Shown: in pieces, positions 52,311 through 64,000 of the stretch
Numbering within the stretch: the stretch's first letter is position 1
How the letters are laid out: every line of letters begins with the position of its first letter
DNA from: Lama glama
Lineage: Eukaryota
Assembly (NCBI GenBank): GCA_028534125.1
Contig: CM052818.1
Coordinates: 8,000,001 to 8,064,000, forward strand
Direction of reading: 5' to 3'
DNA: 64,000 nucleotides
The notes under the pieces: model-generated
Seen by the model: the letters and a program-made list of their open reading frames with translations, nothing else
Databases searched by the model: none
What the model was told of the DNA's origin: nothing
Made by a program: the position numbers and the translations under genes

Positions 52311-54030
52311 GGAATAATTCTCTCAGAAAGGGATCTGGAAAATGGTTGAAAGAGCCTCTACAACAAAAAGTAAAAGGACAGCATTGAGAGGGGTAGGAGA
52401 GGCAGAGGGACAGTCCTGCCAAGGTAAAAACCACATCCCAGCCATGGGAGTCCACATTTGGGAGGGATGCAAAGGTACAAATCTTTTCCTTGAGGAACAA
52501 GGGATTCAGGCTGTAAATCAAGCATCCCAACCTCTAGGCCCTGCACAGGAGAGAAAAGTCCCCTAAATACTTGGCTTTGAAAACCAGTGAGGAATATGTC
52601 CAGGGAAACTATAGAACTGCTTGGGAACAGAAAACCCACTCTTAGAGGGTGCACATGCAAACTCACTTGACCTGGAAACCTGTGCAGAAGCACCAGGTTG
52701 AGAAGTGCATGGACCACAGGTAAAGGGGATCAAATACCAATCCTGAAGCATCTGCTGGAGAGGCAGGAACCTATTGTGACACTTTCTGGAAACTGAGGTA
52801 CTAGTAGAAGTCATTTTTACAGCCTCAGGGTACCTTCCTAATTCTGTTGCAGGCAGGCACCATTTTGAAATTCTTCCTCTAACCTGTTAGCACCCATGGG
52901 TGTACCTCACTGAGTACCTGGCCATCCTTGTGCTCCATCCAGGCTTCACAGCCAGCCAAGTGATAGCCCTACCCACCAATTCTTTCAGCTGTTCTGGGGA
53001 CCAGCCACGCCCACCAGCATACTGTAGCAGCCTCTGCCCTGCCACAACAGGAGGTTGCATTACAACCCACACAGGGGACACCCTTTGAGTGTTTGGCTCT
53101 GGTGGCTAGGCAGGATTCCACCTCTAAGCCCCACAGGACATTTTCTAAACAAGGCCACTCCTACAAGACTAGGAGAGATAACTGATCTACTTCATACATA
53201 GAAATAAACACAAAGACCTAGGCAACATGAGGCAGAGAAATATATTCCAATCAGAATATCAAGACAAAACCGCAGAAAGAGAACTAAACAAAATGGAGGT
53301 AAGCAATATACTATATAAAGAACTTATAGTAATAATCATAAAGATGCTCATCAAGCTCTGGAGAAGAATGGATGAACACAGTGAGAACTTCAACAGAGGT
53401 ATAGAAAAATGTAAGTAAGTACTAAACAGCAGTTATAACTGAACTGAAGGATACACTAGAGGGGTTCAACAGCAGACTGGATGAGGTAGAAGAATGAGTC
53501 AACAGGCTAGAGGACATAACATTGGAACTCACCCAGACAGAGCAACAAAATGAAAAGAGAATTTTAAAGAGAAGGTACCTTAAGGGACCTTTGGTTACAA
53601 CATTAAGCAGAATAAGATTTGCACTGTAAGGGTCCCAGAAGGAGAAGAAAGGGCCAGAAACGTTATTTGAAGAAATAGTGGTTGAGAACTTCCCTAACTT
53701 GGGAAAGGAAACAGATATCCAGGTCTAGAAAGCCCAGAGAATTCTAAACAAGATGAACCCAAAGAGATACACACCAAGGCACGTTATAATTAAAATGGGA
53801 GAAGTTAAGGATAAGAGAAAATCCTAAAAGCAGCAAGAGAAAAACAATTAGTTACATACAAGGGAAATGCCATTAGGCTATCCGCAGAAACTTTACAGGC
53901 CAGAAGAGAGTGGCACGTCATATTCAAAATGTGGAAAGGAAAAAAACCCTCTAACCTAGAATTTTCTGTCCAACAGTGTTATCATTCATAATTGAAGAAG
54001 AGATCAAGAGTTTAGCAGAGAAGCAAATAA

Positions 54031-54158
54031 CGTGTAATAGACCATAATAGAAAAGAATATGAAAAAGAATATATATGAATAACTGAATCACTTTGCTATA
54101 CACCAGAAACTAACACAATATTGTAAATCAACTATACTTCAATAAAAGAAAGAAGAAA
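54031..54158 (+). mobile_element. Short younger L1 3' end nested in the long L1
   Basis: ataactgaatcactttgctatacaccagaaactaacacaatattgtaaatcaactatacttcaataaaa. Confidence 0.9.
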
Positions 54159-56634
54159 ATGAGAAAGGAATCTAAACATAATGCTAGAGAAAACCACCAA
54201 AACACAAAGCAAGAGAGAAAGAGAAGAACAAAGGGACAGAGAAGAGCTACAGAAACAGCCAGGAAACAATCAACAAAATGGAATAAGTACATACATCTCA
54301 ATAATTACTTTGAATGCAAATGGACTAAATTCACCAGTCAAAAGTAGTTGAGTGGATAAAAAAACAAGACCTGTCTATATGTTTCCTACAAGAGAATTAC
54401 TTCTCTTGTAATTCTTGAAAGAATATACACAGACTTAAAGTGGAGGAATGGAGAAAGATACTCCATGAAAATGGAAATGAAAAGAAAACTGGACAACTGT
54501 ACACATATCAGACAAAATAGACTTTAAAACAAAGATGGTAATAAAAGATGAAAAAGGACGTTATATAATGATAAAGAGGGCAATCCAACAAGAAAACATT
54601 AACATTTATATACGTATGTGCACCCAGCAGAGGAGTACCAATATATTTTTAAGCAAACAATAACGGACAAAGAGAAATTGAAAACAGTACAATAAGGAGG
54701 CTTTAACACCTTACTTACATCAGTAAAGAGATCACCCAGACAGAAAATCAACATGGAAACATTGGACTTAATGACATATTAATCCAGATTGACTTAATAG
54801 ATAAATACAGAACATTTCATCCCAAAGCGGCAGAATACACATTCTTCTCAAGTGTATGTTCTCCAAGGTAGATTACATATAAGATCATAAAACACATCTC
54901 AGTAAATTCAGGAAAACTGATATCATATCAAGCATCTTCTCTGGCCACAATGTTATGAAACTAGAAATCAATCACAGGAAAAAGAAAAGGGACAAAAATT
55001 GGATATTAAACAGCATGCTGCTGAACAACCAGTGGGTCATCAAAGAAATCAAAGGAAAAATCAAATAATATTTAGAGGAAAACAGAAATGTGTCATACAA
55101 AAACCTATGTGCTGCAACAGAAGTAGTTCTAAGAGGGAAGGTCTTACAATATAGGCCTATTTCAAGAGACAAGAAAAATCCCAAATAACAATTTAACTTT
55201 ATACTTAAAGGAACTAGAAAAAGAAGAACAAATGAAGCCCCAAATAAGCAGATGGAAGGAAATAACAAAGATCAGAGCAGGAATAAATTAAATTGAGACT
55301 AAAAAAGAAAAAATAGAAAAGGTGAATGAAACTGAGAGCTGATTCTTAGAAAACATAAATCAACAAACCTTTAGCCAGACTAAACAAGGAGAAAAGAGAG
55401 AATACTCAAAGTCAGAAATGAAAGAGAGGTTACAGCTGATACCACAAAAATGCAAAGGGCAATAAGAGACTACTGTGGACAGTTATACACCAACAGATTG
55501 GACAATATAAAAGAAATGGATAAATTCCTAGAAACATATAATCTTTCAAGACTGAATCATGAAGAAATAGAAAATCTAAGTAAACTGATTACAAGTAAGG
55601 ACATTGAAAGAGTAATCAAAACTTCCCAACAAAAGTTGAGGACTAGACAGCTTCTCTGGTGAATTTTACAAAACATTCAAGGATTGACTATTCTCAAACT
55701 ATTCCAAGAAATTGGAAGAGGAGAGAAACCTTCCAAACATATTTTGTGATACCAAAACCAAACAAGGTACCACACAAAAAAGAAAATTACAGACCAATAT
55801 TCTTAATGAATGTGGATGCAAATCCTCAACAAAATATTAGTAAACTAGATCCAACAATACATTAAAAGGACTGTACACCACAATCAAGTGGGATTTATTC
55901 CAGGGATCAAGTGGGATCAACACCTGCAGATCAATCAACATGATACATCACATTAACAAAATGAAGAGTAAAAATCATGATTACCACAATAGATGCAGAA
56001 GAAAGCATTTGACAAGGGAGAACATCTGGCTATGATAAAACCTCTCAACAAACTGAGTTTAGGCAGAACCAACCTGAATATATTAAGGCCATATATAGCA
56101 TACCAAACTCACGTCATACTCCATGATGTTCCTTTACAATCAGGAACAAGACAGGGATGTCCATCTCACCACTTTTATTCAACATAGTGTTGGAAATTCT
56201 TACCACAGCAATTAGGCAAGGGAAAAAAGGCATCCAAATGAGAAAGGAAGAAGTAAAACTGTCACTATTTGCAGATGACCTACTAACTATATAGAGAGAA
56301 CTCCAAAAACTCCACCAAAAAACTGGTATAACTAATAAATGAATTCAGTCAAGTTGCTAGATACAAAAATCAATGTGCAGAAATCTGTGGCATACCTATA
56401 CACTAACTATCAGAAAGAAAAATAAAGAAAACAATCCTACTTACAATTGCATTGAAAAGAATAAAATACCTAGAAATAAATTTAACAAAGGAGTTGAAAG
56501 GCCTGTGCGCTAAAAACTATAAGATACTGATGTAAGAAATTGAAGAAGATACAAAGAAATGGAAAGAACATTCTGTGTTCATGGACTGAAAGAATTAATA
56601 TTGTTAAAATGTCCATGCTCCCCAAAGCTATTTA

Positions 56635-58042
56635 CAGGCATACCCTTGGAGTTATTGTGCATTCAGTTCTAGACCACTACAAAAAAGTGAATATTTCATA
56701 ATGCAGGTCACACAAATCTTTTGGTTTCCCAAGACATATAAAAGTTCATGAGCAGTAATATTTTGAAAGGAATCTTTGTTTCTGAGATGTAAGTCTCAAA
56801 AGTGGGCTTAAATTACTCAGTAAATCATGTTGTAAATAGGTGTTCTGTCATCCAGGCTTTGTGGTTCCATTTATAGAGCACAAGTAGAGTACATTTAGCA
56901 GAATGTTACGGGCCCAAGGATATTTGGAATGGTAAGTGAGCATTGGCTTCAATTTCAAGTCACCAGCTGCATTGGCCCCTAACAAGAGAGTCAGCTTGTC
57001 CTTTGAAGCTTTGAAACCAGGCATTGACTTCTCTTCTCTAGCTATGAAATTCCTAGATAGCATCTTCTTCTATTAGAAGGCTATTTGTCTACATTGAAAA
57101 TATGTTGTTTAGCATAGCTACCTTCATTATCTTAGCTAGATCTTCTGGACAACTTGTGGCAGCTTGTAAATCAGCACTTACTGCTTCACCTCACATTGTA
57201 TGTTCTGGAGATGGTTTCTTTCCTTAAACCTCATGAACCAACCTCTCCTAGCTTCAGACATTTCTTCTGCAGCTTTGTCAGCTTTCACAGAATTGAAAAG
57301 AGTTAGGGCCTTGGTTTTTGCATTAGACTTTGGCTTAAGGTATTGTCATGGCTGATCCGTTCAGGCCACTGAAACTTTCTCCATATCAGCAATAAGGCTG
57401 TTTTAATTTCTTAACCATTCATGTGTTCACTGGAGTAACTCTTTTAATTCCCTTCAAGAACTTTTCCTTTGCATTCACAACTTAGATAACAGGCGCAAGA
57501 GGTCTAGTTCTCAGCCTGTCTTGATTTTCAACATGTCTTCCTCACTAAGCTTAATCATTTCTAGCTTTTGATTTAAAGTGAAGGATGTGCAACTCTTCCT
57601 TTCACTTGAACACTTAGAGGCCACTATAGGGTTATCAAATGGCCTGATTTCAATATTGTGTCTCAGGGATTAGAGAGGCACAAAAAGCAGGAGAGAGAGG
57701 GGGGAACAGTTAGTTAATGGCATAGTCAGAACACACATAATGTTTATCAGTTATGTTCACCTCCTTCTACAGGTGCAGGTCATGGTACCCCCAAACAATT
57801 ACAATAGTAACATAAAAGGTCACTTATCACAGATCGCCATAACAAATATAATACTAATGAAAATGTTTGAAGTAGCAAGAATTACCAAAATGTGACAGAG
57901 AAACAAAGTAAGCAAATGCTATTGGGAAATGGTGCCTATCAACTTACTCAATACAGGGCTACCACAAACTTGAAATTTGCAAAAAAAAAAAAAAAAAAAA
58001 AAGGCAATGTCTGTGAAGTGCAGTAAAACAAGTTTATGCCTG
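56635..58042 (-). mobile_element. Tigger1 (pogo-like) DNA transposon, internally deleted
   Basis: TIRs caggcata.../...tatgcctg with TA at 56633-56634 and 58043-58044. Transposase peptide [37 protein letters not shown]. The L1 resumes seamlessly (cccaaagctatt|ta|cagattcagtgcaatcc). Confidence 0.96.
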
Positions 58043-59859
58043 TACAGATTCAGTGCAATCCTTATCAAAATTCCAGTGGCACATTTCCCAGAAGTAGAAC
58101 AAATAATTCTAAATTTTGCGTGGAACTACAAGAAGTCCTGAATCAAGAAAACAATCTTAAGAAAGAAGAACAAAACCAGAGGTATTACATACACTCCTTA
58201 ATTTCAAATTATACCACAAATCTGTGGTAATCAAAACTGTATGGTACTGGCACAAAAATAGGCACACAGATCAGTGGAACACAATTGAGAGCCAAGAAAT
58301 AACTCCACACATAATAAACAATTAACTTATGACAGAGGAGCAAAGAACATATAGTGGAGAAAAGATGGTCTCTTCAATAAATTGTGTTGGGAAAATTGGA
58401 CACCCACATGCAAAAGAATAAAACTAGACCACTAACTTATACCATACACAAAAATTAACTGAAAATGGATTAAAGACTTGATGGTAAGACTTGATATCTT
58501 AAAATTCCAAGAAGAAAACATATGTGATAAGCTCCTTGACATTGATCAAAACTGCAATGTGATAACACCTTACACCTGTTAGAAAGGCTATTATAATAAA
58601 AGCAAGATATAAGTGTTGGAGAGGATGTGGAGAAAAGGGAACCATTGTACACTGTTGATGGAACTGTTAATTTGTACAGCCACTATTAAAAAAAAACAAT
58701 ATGGAGATCCCTCAAAAAATTAAGAATAGAGCTACCATGACTCAGCTACTCTACCTCTGAAGAACATGAAAACAGTAATTTGAAAAACATACATACCCCA
58801 ATGTTCATTGCAGCATGATTTATAATAGCTAAGGTATGGGAACAACCTGAGTGTCTATTGATGGATGAATGCATCAGGATGATGTGGTTTATTTATACAA
58901 TGGAATACTACTTGGCCCTAAAAAAGAATGAAATCCTGCCATTTGCAGCAACATGGATGGACCTAGAAGGTATTTTATTCTGTGAAATAAATCAGGCAAA
59001 GAAAGACAAATACCTTATGATTTTACTCATATAATAAAAGAACAAACAAAATAAAACAAACTCATCGATACAGAGATTAGATTGGTGGTTTCTAGCAGGA
59101 AAGGGGACTATGGGATGGGTGAAATGGGTGAATGGGGTAACTGTATGGTGATGGATTGTAACTGGACTTTTGATGATGATCACTTTGTAGTGTAGAAGAT
59201 GTCACACTTTGATGCTGTACACCTGAAACTTACATAATAAAAAGTTAATGTTCTTATATTTGTTGTTTTTTATTTTTTAATCTTAGATGTATTCTTTTGT
59301 ATTTTATTTTTGGACATTTTATATAATCATTTGTATTTATTCAATAATTAATACAATTTAAAAAAATTTTTAAATGTCATTATCAGACATTTTTAAGAAT
59401 ATTATTCTATTTAGTAATAAGTAGACGTTCTGGGAAAAACTCTAAGGAGAGACAAAAAGTTATTAATCGCTATCTCTGAAGAGTGAAAATAAAGGAAATT
59501 AAAATTTTTGTGCTTTTCTTATTTTCCAAATTTTATACAATGAACACATTATTTTTATAATCAAGAAGGCAGAATTGTATTGAAATACATGTAAATATGA
59601 TAGAAAAAAGGAAATGAATGCTGTAACAAAAGACAAAAGTTCATAAGGACCCAGAAGGTAGTAAGATTTTCAGCCACAACTGTATCTTCGGCAGGGCCTG
59701 TACATTCTCTCTCCTGGGAGCATTCTTCTCTTTGAACCATATGCAATCCTACTTCTTCTTTAGGGCTCAGCTTTAATGTCACCTAGAGAAGCCTTCTGTG
59801 CCATTTAGACTAAGTTAGTAGCCTTCTTACATGCTCTCATTATGCTTGACATTTAAAGT

Positions 59860-60686
59860 ATTTTTTAAAATGAGGTGTATTTGACATAACATTTTATTAG
59901 TTTCTGGTGCACAGCACAATAATTTAGTAAGTCTAGTTAACATCCATCAACATACATAGTCACAATTTTTTTTTCTTGTGATAAGAACTTTAAAGATTTA
60001 CTTGCAGTAACCTTCCAATTTTCAAAACATTATTGTTAACTATAGTCACCATGCTGTACATTACATCCCCATGACTTGTTTATTTTATAAGTGACAATTT
60101 GTACCTTTTGACCTCCTTCACCCATTTCACCCACCCTCCCCTTCACCCTCCTGACTCTGGCAATCAATATGTTCTGTGTATCTGTGAGCTTGTGTTTTGT
60201 TTGTTTTTAAGATTCTGCATATACGTGAGGTCTTATGGTATTTGTCTTTCTCTTACTTCACTTAGCATAATGCCCACAAGGTCGGTTTCAAGTTGTCACA
60301 AAAGGCAGGACTTCATTCTTCTGATGTTTGACTAGTATTCCATTGTGTATACATACCACTTCATCTTTATCCATTTATCTGTAGATGGACACTCAGATTG
60401 TTTCTATATCTTGGCTATTGGAAGTAATGCTGCAGTGAACATGATATAATGGCACACAGATCTTTTCAAATTAGTGTTTCTGTGTTCTTTGGATAAGTAC
60501 CCAGAAGCAGAATTGCTGGATCATATGGTATTTCTATTTTAAAGTTTTTGAGAAACCTCCATACTGTTTTCCACGGTGAATGCACAATTTACATTCCTAC
60601 CAGTGGTGCACAAGTGTTCCCTGTTCTCCACACTTATTATTGCCAACACTTATTACTTCTTTCTTTTTGATAAAAGCCATTCTAAT
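59860..60686 (-). mobile_element. L1 3' fragment (L1MA9/laurasiatherian type)
   Basis: tttgacataacattttattagtttctggtgcacagcacaat...ctatagtcaccatgctgtacattacatcccca. Confidence 0.9.
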
Positions 60687-62405
60687 TTGAAACAATAATA
60701 AACTTTTACAGAAAACTGTTAGTACAGGGAGTTTTCTTCTTGAACCATTTGGGAGTAAGTTGCAGACCTGATGCCTCACTAGCCCTAAATACTTAAGTGT
60801 GTATTTCCTGTAGTAAAAGTGTTTTCTCACATCATCTATATAACCATTAAAATCAAGAAATTATTAAATATGAAAATGATATATGAAAATGAAATAAATG
60901 TGAAATAAATATGAAATAAATATATGAAAATAAATATATGTATATTCTTGTATGACTGAAGCATTGTGCTGTACACCAGAAATTGACACATTGTAAACTG
61001 ACTATACTTCAAAAAAAACTAATAATGATAATAGTACTACCACTTAATACTCAAGAGTTTAACTAGTTGTCCCCACAGTGTCCTTTTTAATAGCAAAAGG
61101 ATCTTGTTCAGAATTATATGTTGCATTTAATCATCATGTCTCTTTAATTCTGGAACAAATCTTACATCCTTTTAATTTTTTTAACTTTTGTGACTTTAAC
61201 ACTTTTGAAGATATTATGCCACTTATTTTGTAGGATGTCCCTAAATTTGGATATGTTTGACGTTTCCTCATAAGTAGGTTCAGATTATACATGTTTGGTG
61301 GGAATACACCAGAAATGATACTGTGTTCTCAGTGCATCCTAACAGGCAGTGCACAATGTCAATTTATGTCTTTACTGATGTTCACGATCACTTGATGTGG
61401 TGTCTGCTTGGCTTCTCCACTGTGAAGTTACTTTCTTCTTTGGAATTAATTAGTATTTTGTAGGGAGTGCCTCGAAATTACATGAATATCTTATTTCTCC
61501 TTAAACTTTAAATATATTTTTACTTTATTTAATCCCTATAAGCTCAGGCCCTGTATTATTCAGTGTTATCAATCCATTAGTATCATTATTTATTTTGATG
61601 TTTAAATTGTCCCTGGTGTGGCCAGTGGGACCCCTTGCAAGCTGGCTTCTCTGTATTTGTGATATGTCCCTGTCAGTATTTGAACATTTCCTTTCTTTCT
61701 GGCACAACAGATCTTCCAGGCTGTTATTATACTTTCCTTTCCTCAGCACTGTAATCAGCCAATTCTCTAAGGCGCTTGGTTCCTTTTAGAGGACAGTGGT
61801 ACCTGGAAGCCAAAGTGTGCTTTGTGCACTCATTGCTATTGGAGTGTCATTGCTCCTGGGCACTGTCAGTGGGCAGAGCTTAGGGAATGTGTGTATGTAG
61901 GTATGTACAACACATTTACATCCACATTCATTTCTGTTTCTATCTCTGTATTGCAAACCATGAGTTCACACTTGTACCTGAAATTCTAATCTACCACCAC
62001 ATGGTTCATTTTATATTTGTACTTATCATATAGTGGGAAAGCTGGGGCTCCCATGTCTTTATTTACTTAATCACTTGTATGCAGACAGTTTTCTGTGTCT
62101 GTGGCCATTCTCTTCCCTGTGTGGATACCCTTCTCACCTCATGCATGTCCTGGCACACTATGTTGGGCTGCCCCCTCTGTGGATTTCCTCCTATCTTTGT
62201 TCAGCCACTAACACCCAACATGGGTTATTGCCCCTAAGGATGTCCTTCTCACCGTCCTGGAGCTCTGACACGTCATGTCAGAATGACTCTCCATACGGAC
62301 ACCTTCCTCATCCAGCTTAGACTCTGGCAGCCCATGTAGGGTAGGTCTCCTCATGCGGATGCCCTTCTTGTTCTGCTTCGGTTTTAGAATTCCCATTCTG
62401 GGCCA
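60687..62405 (-). mobile_element. L1MC4/5-type 3' region including its ~58-bp degenerate internal repeats
   Basis: ttgaaccatttgggagtaagttgcagacctgatgcc; aatcagccaattctctaaggcgcttggttccttttag; repeats at ~62116-62405. Confidence 0.8.
60865..61018 (+). mobile_element. Camelid-like L1 extreme 3' end
   Basis: tatgactgaagcattgtgctgtacaccagaaattgacacattgtaaactgactatacttcaaaaaaaa, preceded by an expanded aaatatga unit. Confidence 0.88.
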
Positions 62406-62919
62406 GATGCAGTAGATCAGACCTGTGCACAGAATTCAGGGCCCCTTATTATCTTCATAATTCTGTGCTAGAGTTGTAATATTTGGATGCATGGAATTCT
62501 GGACTATTATAATAGAGGACACTGTGTACATAATGCTTATGGTTCTCAGCTTAAAAAAAATCTTTTTATTGAAGTATTGAAAATTGTAAAGATTATAAGG
62601 GTATGTTTTGAACTATCAAAAAGTGAATACAGCCATAAAAATCATCACCTGGGTCAAGAAATAAAATATTATCACTACCCTAGGAGCTCTACTCATGATC
62701 TTTCCTCAGCACTCCTCATTAGATATTTTCAATATAAACAACAGAAATAAACTGCATTCTTTAAATTACATGTCCCAATTAGTAGCACGATGAATAAAAT
62801 AGAACTTCAGTAAGAACATGTGATTGACTGTTTTGAAAAACTATATTTGAAAAGTTAATTATAGGTGTAATACTTTTGGGGGAAGTTTCATCTTTCAGTT
62901 TGAGAAAGTTTGGAGCAGT

Positions 62920-62938
62920 CAGTCACTAGGGGGCAGCC
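62920..62938 (+). promoter_or_regulatory. Candidate CTCF site
   Basis: cagtCACTAGGGGGCAGcc matches the core CCASYAGRKGGCRS at 13 of 14 positions, in non-repeat sequence. Confidence 0.55.
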
Positions 62939-63757
62939 TGTACTGCTTTCACTTCTTTAGAAATAGTTGTGTCCTTTTGTTAGTAACTAGAATTATTTTG
63001 TATGGAAGGAAACAATTGTTACTTCAAAGAAAAATATTTCACTATTCGCAGAGAGGAAGAAAACAGACACAATTATTTTGTACTCTTATAATTAAATTGC
63101 AAGAGTAGATTCCATGGTTAAATCACTGTCAGCACCTAGGAAGCCTAGCTTTGCTTTTGTAACCCCAGCAGAGCATCCGAATTTGAATGGATTTGGAAGG
63201 TTTTTTGGGTCCAAACAAGCTTCAGATAATTTATCCATACCTTCCTCTAATACTTTCTTTTCCACAGATTTCCCTCAAATATTATACTAGACTCTAGCTA
63301 AATCAGAGAAAAGAAAGCCACAGCTCAGAATCCAACACTTAGGACATTTTCTTCTATCCATTGATTTCATTTGGCAGTGCTTAGTGGTAGTTTCTTTTAG
63401 TAGCATCCTGTGAAAAAATCAGAGGAAGTGTGAAAGAGAAAATTGGTCTTCCTTGATTTCAGTTCTTTACCACTCCTTTCCTCATGCCATTCTAGTTTTG
63501 TGGAAATGTTTTCTAATTAGATTGATAAACTTTCCGGTTTCTGCATAGAATAAATGAACCCATGTCCAGATACTTTTGAACTATTTTATTTCCAGTGACA
63601 TAAAGAGACTGTTTCTGTCCTTCTCCCCGCCCTACTCACCCCTACCCACTCTGATTTTGCTAAGAAGCCAAATCACACACCCCAAATATAGTGTGACTTG
63701 GCTTCTTAGTCTCCATAACTTTTACCATAATCTAACGTTATTTCTTCCTTTCTCTAG

Positions 63758-63805
63758 ATAGAGACATCGGGATCTACCAGTATTATGACAAAAAAGATCC
63801 ACCAG
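63758..63805 (+). CDS. WDPCP: WDPCP exon 3 (48 nt)
   Basis: Branch-point-like tctaac at 63731-63736, pyrimidine tract, AG at 63756-63757. Encodes (G)AT AGA GAC ATC GGG ATC TAC CAG TAT TAT GAC AAA AAA GAT CCA CCA G = DRDIGIYQYYDKKDPP. Donor CAG/GTAAAG. Confidence 0.96.
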
Positions 63806-64000
63806 GTAAAGTATCTGCTCTGCTAAACTGATTTTTATAAACTAAATATTCTAAACTATAAAATACTGACCATTAAAAAGTGTTTTTATGGGCTTTAGAT
63901 AAATTCTAGAATTTCAAGAAAGGTCACTCCAGTTCTTTAGAAAAATGCTGAGGCTGATATCTGTTCCATAAGAAATAAAGCAATGTTAGAAAATGCTACA

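Larger units (their letters stand above)
52312..59243 (+). mobile_element. Long decayed L1 (5'UTR-ORF1-ORF2-3'UTR, laurasiatherian type) with nested insertions
   Basis: ORF1 remnant MRQRNIFQ..RRMDEHSENFN; ORF2 remnants MQRAIRDY..EMDKFLETYNLSRLNHEEIENL and KKENYRPIFLMNVDA; 3'UTR ends tgctgtacacctgaaacttacataataaaaa. Confidence 0.94.
50402..63757 (+). other. WDPCP: WDPCP intron 2 (GT..AG, 13,356 nt), mostly L1/Tigger-derived
   Basis: Bounded by the two identified exons. Confidence 0.9.

Noticed and set aside
56848..57063. ORF resembling the TIGD1 gene product
   Set aside because: It lies in an internally deleted, frameshifted Tigger1 copy with TIRs and a TA duplication. It is a transposon fossil, not the domesticated gene.
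53227..58652. L1 ORF1/ORF2-like ORFs as an active retrotransposon
   Set aside because: Many stops and frameshifts, deletions (e.g. ~54030 and ~58543) and a Tigger1 insertion make it non-functional.
62116..62405. About five degenerate ~58-bp repeats (cc..ggatgccc.tctca..) that look array-like
   Set aside because: No constant repeat with unique spacers and a mammalian context. They are contiguous with an L1MC4/5-type 3' region whose consensus, as recalled, has such internal repeats. Not CRISPR.
62427..62468. 10-bp inverted repeat gcacagaatt...aattctgtgc
   Set aside because: Short enough to arise by chance in 64 kb, or a remnant of a small hAT-type element. No further support.
1..64000. Prokaryotic-style systems (operons, CRISPR, defence islands), tRNA/rRNA genes, CpG island
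   Set aside because: The sequence is CpG-depleted mammalian intron. None of these signatures was seen.

Overview
This is AT-rich mammalian (eutherian) genomic DNA, not microbial. It is probably a camelid or other non-ruminant cetartiodactyl, judging from its L1 3' ends and the lack of recognisable Alu, BovB/Bov-tA or PRE-1 elements. The window lies on the + strand of WDPCP (Fritz/BBS15, CPLANE complex). Two small exons are visible: 50317-50401 (MSFCLTELHLWSLKNTLHIG) and 63758-63805 (DRDIGIYQYYDKKDPP). Everything else is intron and largely transposon-derived: L1s of many ages, L2, MIR, LTR40/MLT1 and a Tigger1 nested in an L1. The most notable observations are: (1) a near-full-length fossil Tc1/mariner transposase with DD41D (rosa/Visitor-type) motif spacing at ~8246-10985; (2) a recognisable LF-SINE relic at ~21133-21412; (3) an in-frame TAG 15 nt upstream of the MSFCLTE ATG that blocks the human-type N-terminal extension; (4) a 24-bp near-perfect inverted repeat with an inner stem in unique sequence at 47366-47464; (5) L1 copies carrying non-L1 3' cargo or an internal inversion. 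Repeat family names and most repeat boundaries come from visual recall of consensus sequences and are approximate. No alignment or database search was run.
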